A stretch of 63,633 nt of DNA, counting the filler, from Chiloscyllium plagiosum (taxonomy: Eukaryota), in the NCBI RefSeq assembly GCF_004010195.1. It is 4 parts of 2 records of this genome, joined end to end, with 100 filler letters (N's around TTAATTAATTAA, not from the genome) between each part and the next. Parts side by side here need not be neighbours in the genome. Positions count along the whole stretch, not along the records: positions 1 to 23,819 come from NC_057711.1; positions 23,920 to 41,454 come from NC_057711.1; 2 more parts are not named here. One strand, given 5' to 3'. Made by a program: the position numbers and the translations under genes. The notes below the pieces were generated by a model. That model saw only the letters and a list, made by a program, of their open reading frames with translations, had not been told where the DNA came from and did not search any database. This document shows, in pieces, positions 13,191 to 24,653 of this stretch. Every line of letters starts with the position of its first letter. The stretch's first letter is position 1.

Positions 13191-13674
13191 GTTGTGTGAT
13201 TTAGGACTTTGACCAGCCCAGTCCAACACCGGCACCTCTGTCATGTCCGATAAAAACTCGGCCTTAATCTTCACCGAGCCAAGTTTGTAGGGTTACTAGT
13301 TAACAGTCTCCTGGCGCTGTTCCAGGCTAAATGCCCTGTGAAGACCGCGCCATACCCATAAACTTACCGGTTACTGTGTCCCCGCCTCCTGGCACTCTGA
13401 ATGAGAGTCCGATAAAGACATTGCGCAAGGTTTGTCGGGATGCCGGTGACTGTGTCCCTGCCTACCTCCTGGTACTGAGTACCATGTAAAGACACGACCC
13501 AGATCTGCACGGTGCCAGATCCTACTGATTACTCTGTCCTCGCCTCCCGGTTGCTGTCGCTCCGAGATAAGATTCATGTCAAGAGTCAGAATTTGTCCTA
13601 GTTTCTATGGACTCCTGCTTCACAAACAAAATAATCAAGCAACGAATTTATGCTGCTGAGTTAAGTATGTTTTT

Positions 13675-13970
13675 TTAGATTACATTACAGTGTGGAAACA
13701 GGCCCTTCAGCCCAACAAGTCCACACCGACCCGCCACCCACCCATACATTTACCCCTATACCTAACACTACGGGCAATTTAGCATGTCCAATTCACCTGA
13801 CCTGCACATCTTTGGACTGTGGGAGGAAACCGGAGCACCCGGAGGAAACCCACGCAGACACGGGGAAAACGTGCAAACTCCACACAGTCAGTTGCCTGAG
13901 GCAGGAATTGAACCCAGGTCTCTGGCGCTGTGAGGCAACAGTGCTAACCACTGTGCCAACGTGTCACCCA
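13675..13970 (-). mobile_element. tRNA-derived V-SINE (HE1-like)
   Basis: Minus strand: TGGCACAGTGGTTAGCACTG (A box), GGTTCAATTCC (B box), V domain TGTGTGGAGTTTGCACG...GGTTTCCTCCCACAGTCCAAAGATGTGCAGG. Confidence 0.88.
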
Positions 13971-14330
13971 CCAACTCTGCACTTATAAAAATAACTAAAT
14001 TTCAATTGTAGCCGAAAACAAGTCAAGTGACAAAATATTGCTTGTCACAAAATGTGCTAGAATTCAGTTGCATTCACATTGAGAAATCTTTGGAAGTTCA
14101 TCTCTGGTTCGCTTCCTCTGCGTTGCATCGTGTGCTCCATTAAAAGGAAGATGTGGAGGTGCCGATGTTGGATTGGGGTGGATAAAGTTAAAAATTACAC
14201 AAGACCAGATTGTAGTCCAACAGGTTTATTTTGAAAGTACAATCTTTTGGAGCATTGCTGCTTCGTCAGGTAGCGAGGGGAGAAGAATCATAGGACATAA
14301 TTCTGTGTCCAGTAATCCTGCTCCACACGC

Positions 14331-14365
14331 TACCTGAGGAAGGAGCAGTGCTTGGAAAGCTTGTA
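14331..14365 (+). ncRNA. Minimal hammerhead motif (family B variant)
   Basis: TAC-CTGAGGA-A-GGAGC/AGT/GCTTG-GAAAGCTT-GTA; stem I TAC/GTA. Confidence 0.55.
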
Positions 14366-14463
14366 CTTATAAATAATTTGGAGGTAGCGGTGTTAGACGG
14401 GGGTGTACAAAGTTAAAAATCACACACAACACCAGGTTATACTTCAACAGGTTTAATTGGAAG

Positions 14464-14498
14464 CACTAGCTTTCTGAGCGCTGCTCCTTCATCAGGTG
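14464..14498 (-). ncRNA. Minimal hammerhead motif (family B)
   Basis: Reverse complement: CAC-CTGATGA-A-GGAGC/AGC/GCTCA-GAAAGCTA-GTG. Confidence 0.7.
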
Positions 14499-15982
14499 GT
14501 TGTGGAGTGCACCATTATTGTAAGACAGAAATTATCGCAAAAGTTTATAGTGTGATCTGACTGAAAGTATTCGTTGAAAAATACCTTGATTGTTAGTTAA
14601 GTCTCTCACCTGTTAGAATTACCATGTTAGTTTCACTTCTTTCATATGTAAATCGTAAAACTTTTTTAAAAAGTTAGATTCTCAAGTGAACTTTAACAAT
14701 TGGTGTCAGCCCAGATAATGTGTTAGCCCCCGTGTGCTGCTGTTTGTGCCATAATGTTTAGACTGATTCTAATCTAAATAGTGAATGAACAGAATCTTAC
14801 ATGGATTCATGCAGTTTTTGAGCAAAGTACAATGTAACTCTGCAAGTACAAATTCACTCCTCAAACGTATGTGTGTATGTGTGCATGTGGGTTTGGGTGT
14901 GTGTCAGGGGGTGGGCGTGGGGAGTTGTGAGTGTCTGTGAGAGAGAGCATATATGTGCATGTGTGAGTGTGAAGGGGTCTAAGTCTGTGGGAGGGTGCAT
15001 ATGTGAGTGTGGAAGTACCTGTGTCTGTGTGTGTTTGTGTGTATATAGGAGTGTGTGTGTATGTGTATAATGCAATGGGGTCACCTGCAAGGTCCTGATT
15101 GAGGCCATCCTATGGGTACCGAACTTAGCTATCAGCCTCTGCTCAGCCACTTTTCGCTGCTGTTTGTCCCGAAGTCCGCCTTGGAGGATGGTCACCCGAA
15201 GGTCCAAGGTCGAATGTCCAGGACTGCTGAAGTGTTCTCTAACTGGGAGGGAACATTCCTGTCTGTTGATTGTTGTGTAGTGTCCATTCATTCGTTGCCG
15301 TAGCCAATGCTTGGTTTCACTAATGTACCATGCCTCCCGGCATCCTTGCCTGCAGTGTGTGAGATAGACAACGTTGGCTGAATTGCCAGAATACCTGCCA
15401 CTTACACAGTGGAGTGGGAGGTGTCCCCACACGTAATGGTGGTATCCACATTCACTCTCTGACACGCCTTGCAGCGTCAACTAGGGTTGTATGGAGCTAT
15501 CCTGAAAGCCGGACAGTTTGCTACAAACAATGATCTGTTTGAGATTGGTGGTTGTTTAAAGGTGAGCAGTGAAGGTGTGGTAAAGTTCTTGGTGAGGTGC
15601 TAATCCTCACTGATAATGTGTTGCAGGCCCAGGTGCTCCTACACACACAGACACAGGCACACCCACACTCTCACATGCACCCTCTCACAGACTTAGACCC
15701 CTTTACACTCACACACACATACACACTCTCTCACAGATACTCACAACACCCCCCCCCCCCCCCATACACACACACACAAACCCATATGCACACACACACT
15801 TATACATTTGAGGAGTGAATTTTACTTGCAGAGTTATATTGTACTTTGCTCAAAAACTGCATGAATATATGTCAGAGTCTGTTAATTCATTTTTTAGATT
15901 AGAATCAGTCTAAACATTATAGTATAGATTAGAGTGCTGCTGGAAAAGCACAGCAGTTCAGGCAACATCCAAGGAGCAGTAA

Positions 15983-16017
15983 AATCAACGTTTCGGGCAA
16001 AAGCCCTTCATCAGGAA
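15983..16017 (-). ncRNA. Minimal hammerhead motif (family A)
   Basis: Reverse complement: TTC-CTGATGA-A-GGGC/TTTT/GCCC-GAAACGTT-GATT. Confidence 0.7.
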
Positions 16018-16326
16018 GCCTACTGCTATATCTCCTACAATCCCATTCCTCCACATTTTGTACAATAGGCTAAACATTATAGCACACAGGGCACTAACAC
16101 CTTCAGTACATTATCTGGGCTGACACCAATTGTTAAAGTTCACTTGAAAATGTAACTTTTTAAAAACATTTTGCGATTTTGCGAAAGAAGTGAAACTAAC
16201 ATGGTCATTCTAACAGGTGAGAGACTTAACAAACAATCAAGATATTTTTCAATGTATAATTTCAGTTACATCACACTGTAAACTTTTGCTATAAATTCTG
16301 TGTCTTACAATTGTGTTCTCCACAAT

Positions 16327-16361
16327 CACCTGATGAAGGAACAGCACTCAGAAAGCTAGTG
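16327..16361 (+). ncRNA. Minimal hammerhead motif (family B, decayed stem II)
   Basis: CAC-CTGATGA-AGGAACAGCACTCA-GAAAGCTA-GTG. Confidence 0.5.
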
Positions 16362-16829
16362 CTTCCAATTAATCCTGTTGGACTATAACCTAGTGTTGTG
16401 TGGATGTTTAACTTCTAAATAAACCCGTTGGACTATAACCTGGTGCTGTGTGATTTTAAATTTTAAAAGAAAGAAGTAGACCTATAAGTGTTTGTTACAG
16501 TGCATGCACACCATTTAGATATGGTCAATTTGATATGGATGATGATAAATTGGTGCTAAATTGCCCATCATGTCCAGGGATGTGCAGGATAGGTGAATTA
16601 GCCATGGGAAATGCAGGATTATATGCCTGAGTGGGATGCTCTTTGGAAGTTTGCTGTGGTCTTGAGGAACAAATGGCCTGCTTCCACACTGTAGGCATTC
16701 TATGATTTCATCCAGGTGAAGACTTAGATTGCTTAAGGATCAGAGTGAATGACCAGGGGATTGATAAATAGAGATATATGACTGTGCTTAGAATTAGAAT
16801 GATAATTGTGCTTACACAGTAACCAAATC

Positions 16830-17760
16830 CTCGTCAAAACCAACCTTGGGAAAGTGTGTAGTGCTGAATTACCATGATAACATTTGGGTTTGAAGGATTA
16901 CATGGGACTGCTAGATGGTACCATTACAAGCTGTACGGGCTGCACCTGTACAGCACCAAAACTAATATCCCAGGGAGAGTAATCGTCAGTGTGATTAGAG
17001 AGGGTTTAAACTAAAATGGCAGATGGCTAGGAACCAATTGCCAAATTTCCTTGGATCCCATGCACTCTGACTTTGGCAATTAGTTCCCCATGCAGGACCT
17101 TATCGAATGCCTTGCTGAGGTCCAAGAAAACTATGTCAAGAGCATTGCCCTCGTCGGCACACCTGGTCCGTTCTTTGAAAAATGTAATCAATTTTGTCAG
17201 AAATGACCACCCCATAATAAAACCACGCTGACTGTTCTTCATTAATCTCTGTCTCTCCAAATGCAGATTGATTCAGACCCTCAGAATTTCTTCCAATAGT
17301 TTCCCCACTACTGTGCTTAGCCCTGGAGTTTCCTTAATGATCCCTTGCTGAGTTTTTGAATAAAGGTACCACACTGCCTGTCTTTCAGTCCTCCATTGTC
17401 TTTCCGTCAGGTGCAGCCCGTACAGGTTGTACTGGTACCATCTTCTTCAGAACTAGTCCCCATGTTCCAGGAATCTGAAATCCTTCCCTTTGCAACATCT
17501 CTCCAGCCCTGTACTCATCTGATTAATCCTGCTATTTCTACTGACGCCTCGTACCTAAAAGGCTTACTTTATAATTTTCATTCTAACTTCCTATAAGCTG
17601 CTTGTAGATCTCATTCTCTTTTATTACCTATGTCTAGCCATTCTGCGACATTATTGACCTTAGCATGCAGGAGGTAACATCTCATCCTGAAATCTCACTT
17701 GCAGCCACAGAAATGCCTATTTCCCTTACAAGTGACCACCTCACCATTTACAATGGCATT
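16830..17760. mobile_element. Old CR1 fragments in mixed orientation
   Basis: ORF 17027..17260 (-): VFLDLSKAFDKVLHG; flanks resemble the ORF1 esterase region. Confidence 0.65.
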
Positions 17761-18379
17761 CCCACATTGCAGCTAATTTGTCTGTTGCTTCTTTCCTCTA
17801 GGAGAAAGTGAGGACTGCAGATGCTGGAGATCAGAGCTGAAACCTCCACATTATACTCTAACAATAAACTTGTTCTAAATGTAAATGAGAGATGCCTGTA
17901 TTGAGAAATTTTACCAGGTGTTAGGCAAAATGTAAAGCAGATATTTGTTTGGAGAAATTGTATGCAAAATTATTCTCTTATCACTGAGGTGAATGCATTT
18001 ATGATGATTTATGACAGTTATTCATTTACTTTGGTAACTCTCAGTTGTCATCATTAATTCTGCAAAGGAATGTTGTTGTTTTAGAAATTATGATCATTCA
18101 TAAGTTTTGTTCAGAAGCAGTTTGTTTATTTGTGCATCCACCTCTCGAGAACAATTGGCCCAATTAGATTCTAATTCTGTGATGGTGAGTGTGTCTGGTG
18201 GTGGGTCTGCTGCCCCAAACTAGAATTCAGAACTTGTCAACCGCTGAGAGAAAAAAATCCTTAAATGTCTTAAATGAGCAACTCCATATTTTTAAATGAT
18301 GACCCTAACTGTCGATTCTCCATCTGTAGAAAACATCTTTTCCACCTAAACCTGGTCAGTATAAATTCCTTACTTTTAG

Positions 18380-19670
18380 GTTCAGTGTTCTTCACTTCCT
18401 GGAGGCAGTCGGAGAGGTCATGAGGTTACATATTTGGGTAATTGCTTTACCCAAAACACTACTCTGGGAGTGTCTCCCACCCATCATCCTCCTCTAACCC
18501 CAAAGAAAAGGTTCTGTGCGCCAGATTGGTAAAGTGGCAAGTGTTTTGTGTTTCATTTCAGCAGTCTATTTGGGAATTTCGAATAGTGGGAATGGAGATT
18601 AGGGCAGTTGAATGTTCCTCCTGCAGTGTGTGGGAGGTAAGGGTCACCACTAGTGGGAAGTGCAACCAACTCCAGCTCCTTGAGAACCGTGTTAGGGAGC
18701 TGGAGCTGGAGCTGGATGAACTTCAGATCATTCAGGAGGCAGAGGAGGTTATTGAGAGGAGTTACAGGGAGGTAGTTACTCCACAGCTAAATAAAGAAGG
18801 TTGCTGTCAGGGTTAGGTAAGGGAACCGGCAGATAGTACAGGGATTTCCTGTGGCCATTCCCCTCAACAACAAGTATACCATTTTGGATACTGTTGGGGG
18901 GGGGATGACTTTCTAGGGGTAAGCAATGGGGCACAGGTGTCTGGCACAGAGTTTGTCCCTGTTGCTCAGAGGGGAAGGATGAAGAGGAGCAGAGCTTTAG
19001 TCATTGGGAACTGCATAGTTAGGTGAACAGATAGGAGGTTTTGTGGGAACGAGAGAGTCTCATGATTGGTGTGTTGCCTCCCAGGTGCCAGGGCTCGTGA
19101 TGTCTCTGATCATGTTTTTGGCATTCTTGAGGGGAGGGGGAGCAGCCCCGAGTCGTGATCCACATAGGTACCGATGACATAGGTAGGAAAAAAGGTGGGG
19201 ATCTAAGGCAAAAATTCAGGGAGCTTAGAGCTAGAACAAACAAAATTGTTACCTCTGGTTTGTTGCCCATGCCACATGCTAGTGAAGCGAGGAACAGGGA
19301 GAGAGTGGAGTTGAACACGTGGCTGCAGGGATGGTGCAGGAGGGAAGGTTTTGGATTCTTGGATTATTGGAGCTCTTTCTGGGGAAGATGGGACCTCTAC
19401 AAACAGGATGGTATTCACCTGAACCAGAGAGATACCAATATCCTGTGTGGGGAAATTTGCTAATGGTCTTGGGGGGTTTAAACTAATGCAGCAGGGGGAT
19501 GGGAACCTGAACTGTAGTTCCAGTGTACAGGATGTTGAGGGTAGTGAGGTCAGGGATAGCTTTACAAGGTTGCGAGAGGGCACCGGCAATCAAGATGTTG
19601 GTTTGAAATGTGTGCACTTCAATGCCAGGAGCATCCAGAAAAAAGTGGGTGAACTTGTAACATGGGTTGG
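18380..19670 (+). mobile_element. CR1 LINE 5' part: ORF1 (Cys motif, coiled coil, SGNH esterase-like) and ORF2 start
   Basis: AVECSSCSVWE..RVRELELELDEL; IHIGTDDIG..IVTSGLLP..YKQDGIHLN; then CVHFNARSI. Confidence 0.85.
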
Positions 19671-19972
19671 GAGACGGATGAGCTATCGATCTAAATTCTA
19701 ACAAAGTTCTGTTACCCCAGTGATAACCTGTATCAATCTATATTCTTAACACAGTGTTATAAAAATCTGTTACGTCCATAAAAATACCTCTCAATCTACA
19801 ACCTAATACAGTGTAATAAAGGTTCGTTAGACCAGTAAGAAACCCTATCAATCTACAACCATAACACAGGGTAATAAAGCTCTATTACAGCAGTATAAAC
19901 CACTATTATTCTACGCCCTGATGCAGGGAAATAAAGTTCTATTGCAACAGCGATAAACCCTATCAACCTACA

Positions 19973-20178
19973 AGCAGATGCTGGAGATCAGAGTGTGGAG
20001 CTGGAAAAGCACAGCAGGTCAAGTAGCATCCAAGGAGCAGAAAAATCGACGTTTCGGACAAAATTCCTTTATCGGAAATATACAATCCTGATGAAAGGCT
20101 TTTGCCCGAAACATCGATTCTCCTGCTCCTTGGATGCTGCCTGACCTTCTGTGCTTTTCCAGCACCACAATCTCGATT
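19973..20178. mobile_element. Family A palindromic pLTR element
   Basis: Inverted arms GCTGGAAAAGCACAG...AATCGACGTTTCGG and CCGAAACATCGATT...CTGTGCTTTTCCAGC. Confidence 0.8.
20084..20119 (+). ncRNA. Minimal hammerhead motif (family A)
   Basis: AATC-CTGATGA-A-AGGC/TTTT/GCCC-GAAACATC-GATT; perfect 4-bp stem I. Confidence 0.55.
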
Positions 20179-20681
20179 CTATCAATCTACACCCCAACGC
20201 AGGGCAATAAAGCTCTGTTACACCAGAAATAAATGCTACCAGTCTGCACTCTAACACAGTGTAATAAAGCTCTGCTGCATCAGGTAACGAATCCAATTAA
20301 TCGACATACTAACAACATGAAATAAAGCTCTGCTAGACTAATACTAATCACCATAAATCAACACTCTAACTCAATGTAATAAAACTCTGAAACCAACATC
20401 ATAAAGCCTATCAATCCACACTCTAACACAGTGTAATAAGGATTTGCTGCACCAGTAATAAACCACATCAATCTACACTCTAAAAATATCTAATAAAGCT
20501 CTGTCACGCCAGTAATAACCCCTTATCAATCTACAGTCAAAAAGTGCGCTGCTGGAAAAGCGCATCAGGTCGGGCAGTATCTGAGGAATAGGAGAGTCAA
20601 CGTTTTGGGCATAAGCCCTTCATCAAGTATGTGCAGTCCTCGTTTTCTCCTATCAATCTACACTCTAACACAGTGTAATAA

Positions 20682-20885
20682 TGATTTGGAGATGTCGGTG
20701 TTGGACTGGGGTGTACAAAGTTAAACATCACACAACACTAGGTTATAGACCAACAGGTTAAATTGGAAGCACACAACCATGCTCCACATACTCCACAACC
20801 ACCAAAAGCTAGTGCTCCAAAAGCTAGTGCTTCCAAATAAACCTGCTGGGCTATAACCTGGTGTCGTGTGATTTTTAACTTTGTA
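20682..20885. mobile_element. Family B palindromic pLTR element
   Basis: GGAGATGTCGGTGTTGGACTGGGG...AGGTTATAG inverted to CTATAACCTGGTGTCGTGTGATTTTTAACTTTGT. Confidence 0.75.
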
Positions 20886-22194
20886 AAGTGTAATAAAGCT
20901 CTGTTACATCAGTTTTAAACCATATCAATCCACACTCGAACAAAATGTAATAAAGCTCTGTTAGATCTGTAATAAACCCTATAAATCTACACCCTAACAC
21001 AGGGCTCTAAAGCTCTGTTACATCAGCAATGTACTCTCTAAATTTACAGTCTAGCACAGTATCGTATAGCTCTATTACATCAGTAAAAATCCCAACAATC
21101 TGCACTATAACAGAGTGTAATACACTCTGTTAAACCAGTAATAAACCCTATCAATCTCCACCCTAACACAGGTCAACAAAGCTCTGTTACACCAGTAGTA
21201 AACACTATCTATCTGCATTTTAACAGATGGTAATAAAGCTCTGTTACACCGTATAAAACACAAACACCCTACCCTGTAAAACAACATGATAAAGTTCTGC
21301 TACACCAGTAATAAACTGTATAATTCTTTTCGTTAACACAATGTGATAGATCTCAGTAAAACTAGTAAGAATCCCTATCAATCTTTACTCTGAAACATCT
21401 AATAAAGTTCTGTTACACCAGAAATATACGTAGAGCAGTGTAATAAAACTCTGTTACACCAGTCATCAAACTGAACACAATGTGATACAGCTCTGTTACA
21501 TCAGCAAAAATACCACTGAATTTACATTCTAACACAGTATCATAAAACTCTGTTACACCAATAATCAACTCTATCAATCTACACTCTAACACAGTGTAAG
21601 AAGGCTGTATTACAGCAGTAATAAATAAAACGAGTAATGCACCCTATGAAGCTCTTTTGCACCAGTTATAAACCTTATCAATCAACACTTTTGCACAGTG
21701 TAATAAAGCTCTGTGACACCAGTAATTATCCCTACCAATGTACACTCTAACACAGGCTCATGAAGCTCTCCTACACCAACAATAAATGCTATCAATCCAC
21801 ACTGTAACACAGAGTAATAAAAGCTCTGCTATGCCAGTAGTAATCTCTCTGAATCTTTATTCTGAAACATATTCTTCAGCTCTGTTACATCAGTCAGCAC
21901 CTTATCAATCTACACCCTACCAAAGGATAATAAAGCTCCCCGACACTAATGATAAACGCTGTCAACACACTCTAAGACAGTATAATAAAGTTATGTTACA
22001 CATAGCAATAAGCCCTATCAATCTGCACTCTAACACAATGTAATAAAACTCTGTTACATCAGCAATGAACCCCAAACATCTACAAGCTAACTAAGTGTAA
22101 TAAAGCTGTGCTAGACAGTAATAATCATCATCAATTCACACTCTAAGACATATGATAAACCTCTGTTATACCAATAATAAATACTATTTATTTA

Positions 22195-22740
22195 TAAATG
22201 CAAGGTTTTGCTGCAGTTCTACCAAGACCCTGGTGAGACCACACTTGAAATATTGTGTCCAGTTCTGGTTAACCTATGATAGGAAAGATACGGAGGCTTA
22301 GAGAGGGTGCAAAGAAGGTTTACGAGGATGCTGCCTGGACTAAAGGGCTTTTCTTACCAAGAGAGGTTGACTAAACTTGGACTTTTCTCGCTGGAGAGAA
22401 GGAGGAAGAGAGGTGTCTTGGTTGAGGTATACGAGGTAATGAGAGGCATGGATAGAGTCAATAGCCAGAGACTTTTCCCCAGGGCAGGATTGACTGGCAT
22501 GAGGGCTCATAGTTTTAAGATATTAGGAGGAAGGTATAGAGGAAACGTCAGAGGTAGTTTCTTTAAGCAGAGAGTGGAAGCAGAGTCACTAGGGACATTT
22601 AAGTGACTGCTGGATATGCACATGGACAGCAGTGAATTGAGGGGTGCGTAGGTTAGAGTATTTTGTTTTAGATTAGGAATAATCCTCAGCACAACATTGT
22701 GAGCTGAAGGGTCTGTTCTTTTCTATATTCTATGTTCTAT
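22195..22740 (+). mobile_element. CR1 LINE 3' end inside the satellite
   Basis: QRRFTRMLPGL..LGLFSLERRR; TTCTATGTTCTAT tail. Confidence 0.88.
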
Positions 22741-23770
22741 CAATCTGCACTCTAAAACAGTGAAATAAAGCTCTGTTGCACCAGTACTAAATCTCTTAAT
22801 TTACACTCTAACATAGTATGAAAAGCTCTGTTATACCAGTAATAATCAGTATCAATCCACACTCTCAGAGAGTATAATACAATTCTGTTACACCAGTAAT
22901 AATCTGAATCAATCTATACTCTAATACAATGCAATAAATCTGTTTCACTAGAAATATTCCTTATCAATCAAAACTCAAACAGATTATAATAAACCTCTAT
23001 TACACCAGTAATTTACCTCATTAATCTGCACTGTAACACAGTATAATAAAGCTCTGCTACATCACTGATCAACTCTATCAATCTACACTCTAACACAATG
23101 TAATAGAGCTCTGCTACACCAGCAACACAGTCTATCAATCTGCACCTTAACATAAGACTCTGTGCAGGGCCTGGAGTGTAGGGAGGTGAGGAACATGGCA
23201 TCAATTTCCAAGGAGGGTGCCTGTAAACAGGGAAGTGGCTTGAAGTGTGGCAACACAGTCTATCAATCTGCACCTTAACATAAGACTCTGTTCCATCAGT
23301 AATCAGTAATAGGAAAGATTCGGAGGCTTTAGAGAGGGTGCAAAGAAGGTTTACCAGGATGTTGCCTGGACTGAAGGGCTTGTCTTACCAAGAGAGGTTG
23401 ACTAAGCATGGACATTTCTCGCTGGAGAGAAGGAGATAACTGGGGATAACTGAGATGTGGCTTCAAGTGGACAGGGCCTGGGAAATGAATATTCAAGGCT
23501 ACACATGCTTTCGTAAGGACAGACCGATGGGCAGAGGGGGTGGGGTGGCCATGTTGGTAAGGGATGATATTCAGTCCCTAGCACGGGGGGACCTAGAATC
23601 AGGGGATGTAGAGTCAGTGTGGATAGAGCTGAGAAATTCTAAGGGTAAAGAGACCCTTTTGGGAGTTATCTACAGGCCCCTGTCTGGATGTCGGATCAAA
23701 GTTTGTGCGAAGATTTGTAGCTCGGGTGCTCGTTGCTGTGGGTCTGTTCGCCGAGCTGGAAGTTTTTGTT

Positions 23771-23810
23771 GCAAACGTTTCATCCCCTGTCTAGGTGACA
23801 TCCTCAGTGC
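23771..23810 (-). ncRNA. Minimal hammerhead motif (family C) in a PLE terminus (about 23700-23819)
   Basis: Reverse complement: GCA-CTGAGGA-T-GTCACC/TAGACA/GGGGAT-GAAACGTT-TGC. Confidence 0.65.
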
Positions 23811-23819
23811 TTGGGAGCC

Positions 23820-23919
23820 NNNNNNNNNNNNNNNNNNNNNNNNNNNNNNNNNNNNNNNNNNNNTTAATTAATTAANNNNNNNNNNNNNNNNNNNNNNNNN
23901 NNNNNNNNNNNNNNNNNNN
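23820..23919. other. Assembly spacer (44 N + TTAATTAATTAA + 44 N)
   Basis: Identical 100-bp construct at 41455-41554 and 60840-60939; the 12-mer has stops in all six frames. Confidence 0.95.
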
Positions 23920-24591
23920 AGGGGAGTATCTGATGAATTCAAGGCTCGTAACCAGATTGCAGCAGGTTTTGAGTCAGCTCTCTTTTGGTGGGTAACAATT
24001 AATAAAAATGTAGACTGGATAAATTACATTTTTTATAATCAACAGTGATTTATAAATTATACAAGAGAGGCGGTTAAAGGAATATCAGAACAGCTTGATA
24101 CGACGAGTAGGATGGCATGGGAAAACAGAATAGCCCTTCATATGATTTTAGCAGAGAAAGGGGGTGTATGTGTGATGTTAGGAGGAAGCTGTTGTACCTT
24201 TATTCCTAATAACACTGCGCCTGATGGTTCAATTACTCGGGCCTTACGGGGATTGACTACCTTAGCAGAGGAACTGGCTGAGAATTCAGGAGTAGACACA
24301 TCTCTCACAGGGTGGCTTGAAACCTGATTTGGAAAATGGAAGGGGGTGGTGGTTTCTATCCTTACTTCCCTGATAGTAGTAGTCGGGGTATTGGTGGCCA
24401 TTGGCTGTTGTATCATACCCTGTATACGAGGGCTCACCCAGAGGCTGATTGAAACAGGCTTGATGAAACAAATGCCCCTGAGGGGAAATTTGACAGAGGA
24501 ACTTTATCAACTAAATAATAAGGAGATGAGTGAGACTAAGATGGATGAAATCTCTGAAATGATGCTTGCGAATTTTGGGAACAATGTTTAA
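23920..24591 (+). pseudogene. env: Endogenous retrovirus env TM subunit (class I, gamma/epsilon-type)
   Basis: One frame: RGVSDEFKARNQIAAGFES..WINYIFYNQQ*..ENRIALHMILAEKGGVCVMLGGSCC (immunosuppressive domain + CX6CC), then a hydrophobic TM anchor; stops at 24046 and 24325. Confidence 0.9.
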
Positions 24592-24653
24592 AAAAAAAGA
24601 GGAGACAAAAATGCAGTAGATAACAGATAGTAATGAAAAGAAAAAGGGGAAAT

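Larger units (their letters stand above)
14148..16465. mobile_element. Nested, inverted Penelope-like elements (family B)
   Basis: GIY-YIG C-terminus on minus strand (ANVVYLTHCRQGCREAWYISETK); about 14400-15040 is inverted at about 15640-16415; a split outer pLTR palindrome flanks both. Confidence 0.85.
19700..23310. repeat. Diverged 57-bp tandem satellite with TE insertions
   Basis: Unit approx TAATAAAGCTCTGTTACACCAGTAATAAACCCTATCAATCTACACTCTAACACAGTG; CTCTGT at 21125, 21182, 21239. Confidence 0.9.

Noticed and set aside
12459..13274. 271-aa host protein
   Set aside because: It is the CR1 ORF2 C-terminus, with a chance N-terminus read from flanking pLTR sequence.
9680..13970. tRNA genes
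   Set aside because: The A/B boxes are SINE heads followed by SINE bodies; no complete cloverleaf was seen.
23864..23875. TTAATTAATTAA as a biological motif
   Set aside because: Centred in identical N-padded spacers three times, so it is an artificial linker.
23920..24591. Domesticated syncytin-like env gene
   Set aside because: Two in-frame stops in this copy, and the second env is more heavily degraded.
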